A stretch of DNA of 40,717 nt from a bacterium (GTDB lineage Bacteria > CLD3 > SB21), in contig JABWBZ010000002.1 of NCBI GenBank assembly GCA_013359335.1, forward strand, positions 1 through 40,717, in the 5' to 3' direction. Every line of letters begins with the position of its first letter. Position 1 is the first letter of the stretch. The notes below the pieces were generated by a model, which had not been told where the DNA came from, ran no database searches, and was given only the letters and a program-made list of their open reading frames with translations. A program made the translations under genes and the position numbers. Positions 36,992 to 40,717 of the stretch are shown here, in pieces.

Positions 36992-37397
36992 TTCAGGCCC
37001 ATTGATTGCTCTTTTTGATTACAATGACCATTTTCATGAAATTATTAAAATTTTTTTAAAAACATCATTTGAAGGCCGTTTGATCGCAACCTGGCCTGTC
37101 GTGACGGAAGTATGTCACTTATTGGATTTTAATATTAATGCTCAGCTGAATTTTTTGAATTGGTTAAACTCCGGAGCTGTTGAATTAGCAACATTAACCC
37201 ACGACGATCTCGAAGCGATGATTCGACTGGTTGAAAAATACTCAGACGTTCCTATGGATTTGGCCGACTCCAGCTTAATGATCATTGCTGAAAAAAATAA
37301 AATCTCTCGAATCATCACCTTCGATTCCGATTATTATATTTACCGTTCAAAAAGCAAGAAAACTCTCCGTAATTTACTCGAACCTTATATTCATTGA
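36972..37397 (+). CDS. vapC: PIN-domain toxin (VapC-like)
   Basis: 141 aa with a GTG start. Conserved acidic residues sit in LIDSGPLIALFD, VTEVCHLL, PMDLADSSLM and IITFDSDY, as in a PIN active site. Confidence 0.8.
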   Translation: MQKTLIDSGPLIALFDYNDHFHEIIKIFLKTSFEGRLIATWPVVTEVCHLLDFNINAQLNFLNWLNSGAVELATLTHDDLEAMIRLVEKYSDVPMDLADSSLMIIAEKNKISRIITFDSDYYIYRSKSKKTLRNLLEPYIH

Positions 37398-37427
37398 TCT
37401 GCCTGCCATGAATTTTTATAATGTTGT

Positions 37428-39602
37428 ATGAAACTAATCATTATTATTCTAATATTTCCTGCTCTGCTCTCCTCCCAAAATACTTTTCAGGCCATTGTCA
37501 AAGACAAGGAACACAACGAACCGTTGGTCGGCGTCAATGTTTTTCTGGAAAATACTACGATTGGCGGAACGACGGACCAAGATGGCAAAGTTATCATTAA
37601 AGATATTCCCGACGGCATCTATACAATCGAATTTTCTTATATCGGATTCGCCGATCAGTCAATCTCCATTTCTTTTCCGCTAAAAGATGCGAATCAGATT
37701 TTTGAAATCATGATGGAAGTAGAAGAATTGGAAGGCGAAGAAATTACGGTTTCCAGCACGCGAACCAAACGTTTGATCAAAGACATTCCGACGCGCGTGG
37801 AAGTCATCGGCGGTGAAGAACTCGACGAAAAGCTCAGTATGCGTCCGTCCAATATTTCCATGCTGCTCAATGAATCTACCGGAATTTACGTGCAGCAGAC
37901 TTCCGCATCTTCCGGCAATGTTAACATCCGCATTCAGGGTCTCGACGGGCGGTACACGCAAATCCTCAAAGACGGGTTTCCTCTCTTCGGCGGTTTGTCA
38001 TCCGGCCTCAGCGTGATGCAGATTCCCCCGCTCGATCTTTCGCAAGTAGAAATTGTCAAAGGCTCTTCCTCCACATTATACGGCGGTGATGCCATCGCCG
38101 GCATGGTCAATCTGATTTCCAAACAACCCGGTAAAGAACGTGAATGGACGCTCCTGCTCAATCAGACCACCGCAATAGGAACCGACGCGGGAATGTTTCT
38201 TTCACAACGTAACGATCATTGGGGATTTTCCACGTTGGCTTCTGCCAATCGCCAGCAAGCGTACGATGCAAACGATGACAATTTCTCCGATCTCCCGCAG
38301 GTAAAAACCGTGACCGTCAATCCGAAAATATTTTATTATCCAAATGAACGCTCACAACTCAGCTTTGGCGTAACGACAACGTTCGAAGACCGCCGCGGCG
38401 GCGACATCAAAGCGATCGACGGAAAAAACGATACCGACCATGTTTATGTGGAAAAAAACCGCAGCTACCGAGCCCATACGCAATTAAAATTTGAAAAAAA
38501 ATTAACGACAGGTAACGTCTGGACGCTAAAAAACAGCATCAATGTTTTCAGGCGAAAAATTGATTTCACCGGCGCTCCCGTAACTAATGAACAATTATCC
38601 AGTTTCAGCGAAATCAGTTTTCTGATCAATCGCTCACGCTTTGACGTAATCGTCGGCGGCAATTTTGTGACTGATCGTTTTGAACAGTTTGATCAGAATG
38701 ATCACCGCCTTCAGAACGATCGTTACACTGTCGGCGGAATTTTTCTTCAAAGTTACTGTAATCTCTCCGATCAATGGTTGATGGAAGCCGGATTGCGTTC
38801 CGACCGGCATGATGAATTCGGTTTTTTTGCACTGCCGCGTTTATCGGTTTTATACAAAGCCAGTCAACACTGGAGTGGCCGATTGACGATGGGTATGGGT
38901 TACAAAGCGCCGACTGTTTACTCAGAACAGGCCGAAGAAACCGGTTACCGTTATCCTATCGTATTTGATCCCCATCTAAAAGCTGAAACGTCACACGGCG
39001 GAATTTTTGATATCAATTATAAAACTATCATCGCCGATCAATTGGCGTTTAATTGGAATCAGGCTGTGTATCTTACTCGAATTAATAATCCGTTAGAAGC
39101 GTCAATTGTATCGCCGGCTCCTTCTCCGACCTATTATGACTATTCGAATGCTTCCGGTTATATTCTTGCAAAAGGCGCGGAAACAAATGTCAAATTAACT
39201 TTTGAACATTTCAATTTATTTGCCGGTTACACATTGATTTCCGCACGACAATATGGAAACAACACAAGCTCTGCACTCGTCCTCACTCCTCGTCATCGGG
39301 TTAACCTGATCATGATGATGGAAAAAGAGGAAAATTACAAAATCGGTTACGAAGCTTATTTTACAGGTTCTCAAAAACTTGAATCGTCATCGCGGTCAAA
39401 AGCCTATTGGGTCATGGGTTTGATGGGACAAAAAACATGGAACGCCTTTACCGTTTTTCTCAATCTTGAAAATTTTACCGATACGCGGCAATCAAAATTC
39501 ACGCGCGTGGTCAATCCTCCATTTGACTCTCCTACATTTAACGATGTTTATGCTCCCCTCGAAGGTTTTGTAGCTAATCTTGGCATTAAAATTCATCTCT
39601 AA
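37428..39602 (+). CDS. TonB-dependent receptor with N-terminal CarboxypepD_reg-like domain
   Basis: 724 aa. Signal peptide MKLIIIILIFPALLSSQ, carboxypeptidase-regulatory-like beta sandwich (VGVNVFLENTTIGGTTDQDGKVIIKDIPDGIYTIEFSYIGF), plug domain (NVNIRIQGLDGRYTQILKDGFPLFGG, EIVKGSSSTLYGGDAIAGMVN), then a long beta-barrel. Confidence 0.85.
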   Translation: MKLIIIILIFPALLSSQNTFQAIVKDKEHNEPLVGVNVFLENTTIGGTTDQDGKVIIKDIPDGIYTIEFSYIGFADQSISISFPLKDANQIFEIMMEVEELEGEEITVSSTRTKRLIKDIPTRVEVIGGEELDEKLSMRPSNISMLLNESTGIYVQQTSASSGNVNIRIQGLDGRYTQILKDGFPLFGGLSSGLSVMQIPPLDLSQVEIVKGSSSTLYGGDAIAGMVNLISKQPGKEREWTLLLNQTTAIGTDAGMFLSQRNDHWGFSTLASANRQQAYDANDDNFSDLPQVKTVTVNPKIFYYPNERSQLSFGVTTTFEDRRGGDIKAIDGKNDTDHVYVEKNRSYRAHTQLKFEKKLTTGNVWTLKNSINVFRRKIDFTGAPVTNEQLSSFSEISFLINRSRFDVIVGGNFVTDRFEQFDQNDHRLQNDRYTVGGIFLQSYCNLSDQWLMEAGLRSDRHDEFGFFALPRLSVLYKASQHWSGRLTMGMGYKAPTVYSEQAEETGYRYPIVFDPHLKAETSHGGIFDINYKTIIADQLAFNWNQAVYLTRINNPLEASIVSPAPSPTYYDYSNASGYILAKGAETNVKLTFEHFNLFAGYTLISARQYGNNTSSALVLTPRHRVNLIMMMEKEENYKIGYEAYFTGSQKLESSSRSKAYWVMGLMGQKTWNAFTVFLNLENFTDTRQSKFTRVVNPPFDSPTFNDVYAPLEGFVANLGIKIHL

Positions 39603-39711
39603 ATAGTGATCAAAAATCTATGTTTTTTCTGAAACATTGAACACCCGGCGTCGTATGCTTAAGTGGATACAGCACTTTAACGTATCAACCGAAAAGAGCA
39701 GTGAAAAGCTT

Positions 39712-40717
39712 ATGCGAAAAATCTTAACAACCTTATTTTTTTTCTCCGGTTTGATGTTCGTCAGCGTCACAGCGTTCGGGCAATACGCCGTCGTGGACAT
39801 GAAAGATTTCGACCCTGACGAAATTTACGTTCGGAACTTCAGCGTCAAACAATCTACGCCTGTTTACGTTGACGCTGTGGGCGTCATGTCGAAATCGCAT
39901 AAATGGAACCGATGGGATCCGATGCTGGCCTACGGATGGATTCTCAATACGGATACCCGCGAAATCGTTTGGGCTATGACCCCGAGTAACGTCAATGACG
40001 TGTGGAGTTCCAACAATGTTGAATTCAAAGGTACGGTGACGTTGAAGCCCGGGAATTATGAAGCTTATTATTCCACATACGGCCAACGTATTATTAAAAT
40101 TTCGTCTTCCAAAAGTTATTTGAATGAATTCATGAAAAATCTCGTCAAAGTTTTTGTCGACGACGCCGATTTATGGGAAGATCATGCCGATTGGAAATTT
40201 CGGATTATGGCAAAGGACGAAGCCAAAGATAATTTTGGCGCCTATCAATTACCTGATCCGAAAATCAATGTCGTCAATTTGACCGGTGCGCGCGACAGCG
40301 ACTATCTCGAAAAAGGTTTTACCGTCGAAAAAGAAGTCAAAGTTCGAATCTATTGCATTGGCGAAGGCCAGGACGGAAAGATGTACGATTTCGGCTGGAT
40401 CAATAACGATCAGACTGCGCGTCCGGTTTGGGAAATGCGTTATGAAAATACGTCGCATGCCGGCGGCGCTGAAAAAAACCGCGTCTACAACGGCATCATC
40501 ACGTTGCCTCCCGGAAATTATATTGCAACCTACATGACTGACGATTCGCATTCTTACAACGATTGGAATATGCAGCCGCCGTACGATCCCGGATATTGGG
40601 GTTTATCCATACGCGTGATCAACGATGGCGATCTGTCGTACATTCACGATTACAAAAAAGCAAAAAAACAAGAAGTTCTCTCGCTTATCAAAATCGGCGA
40701 CAGCCAGTACCGTTCCG
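39712..40717 (+). CDS. Secreted hypothetical protein with tandemly duplicated ~150-aa module (3' end outside the window)
   Basis: Not in the ORF track because no stop is reached. Hand translation from the ATG at 39712 is open for 335 codons to the window edge. Signal peptide MRKILTTLFFFSGLMFVSVTAFG/Q. The two modules share the pattern GWI.N..T...VW.M ... G..TL.PGNY.A.Y. Confidence 0.7.
   Translation, partial: MRKILTTLFFFSGLMFVSVTAFGQYAVVDMKDFDPDEIYVRNFSVKQSTPVYVDAVGVMSKSHKWNRWDPMLAYGWILNTDTREIVWAMTPSNVNDVWSSNNVEFKGTVTLKPGNYEAYYSTYGQRIIKISSSKSYLNEFMKNLVKVFVDDADLWEDHADWKFRIMAKDEAKDNFGAYQLPDPKINVVNLTGARDSDYLEKGFTVEKEVKVRIYCIGEGQDGKMYDFGWINNDQTARPVWEMRYENTSHAGGAEKNRVYNGIITLPPGNYIATYMTDDSHSYNDWNMQPPYDPGYWGLSIRVINDGDLSYIHDYKKAKKQEVLSLIKIGDSQYRS

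Overview
This window looks like a chromosomal segment from an uncultivated Gram-negative bacterium. Gene content loosely suggests the FCB group (Ignavibacteria/Chlorobi/Bacteroidota-like): bacilliredoxin, GH57, b558-type sdhCAB, a CarboxypepD_reg-type TonB receptor. That placement is a guess. About 30 of 36 genes are on the minus strand and most are housekeeping.

Gene content in order:
- 84-6041: MacAB-TolC-type efflux operon.
- 6261-8515: Yip1-like membrane protein, MDR oxidoreductase, bacilliredoxin.
- 9307-21476: very tightly packed minus-strand array: CBS, cystathionine gamma-lyase, ferredoxin, prenol-kinase/DUF92 fusion, orphan EutN/CcmL, Omp85, VanZ, FtsY, GH57, Ctp.
- 21533-23894: orphan Opp-type ABC ATPase, STAS protein and two Roadblock/LC7 proteins.
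- 24026-26952: desaturase, DUF445, tmk.
- 29188-32346: class II RNR.
- 33119-36607: sdhCAB.
- 36740-37397: VapBC-like pair.
- 37428-39602: TonB-dependent receptor.
- 39712 to the window end: a 3'-truncated secreted repeat protein that is missing from the ORF track.

I found no rRNA, tRNA, CRISPR array, transposase or integrase, and no recognisable known defence system.

The best candidates for something new:
1. The AT-rich islet between tmk and nrdJ. It holds a frameshifted ParE/RelE-like toxin with its antitoxin, plus an orphan 469-aa protein with two TM helices, an alpha/beta module and TPR-like repeats.
2. The lone BMC-vertex (EutN) gene embedded in an envelope-biogenesis operon.
3. The ATPase/STAS/Roadblock cluster, which has no GTPase, kinase or permease partner.

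All functional readings come from motif recognition by eye and need database or structure searches.
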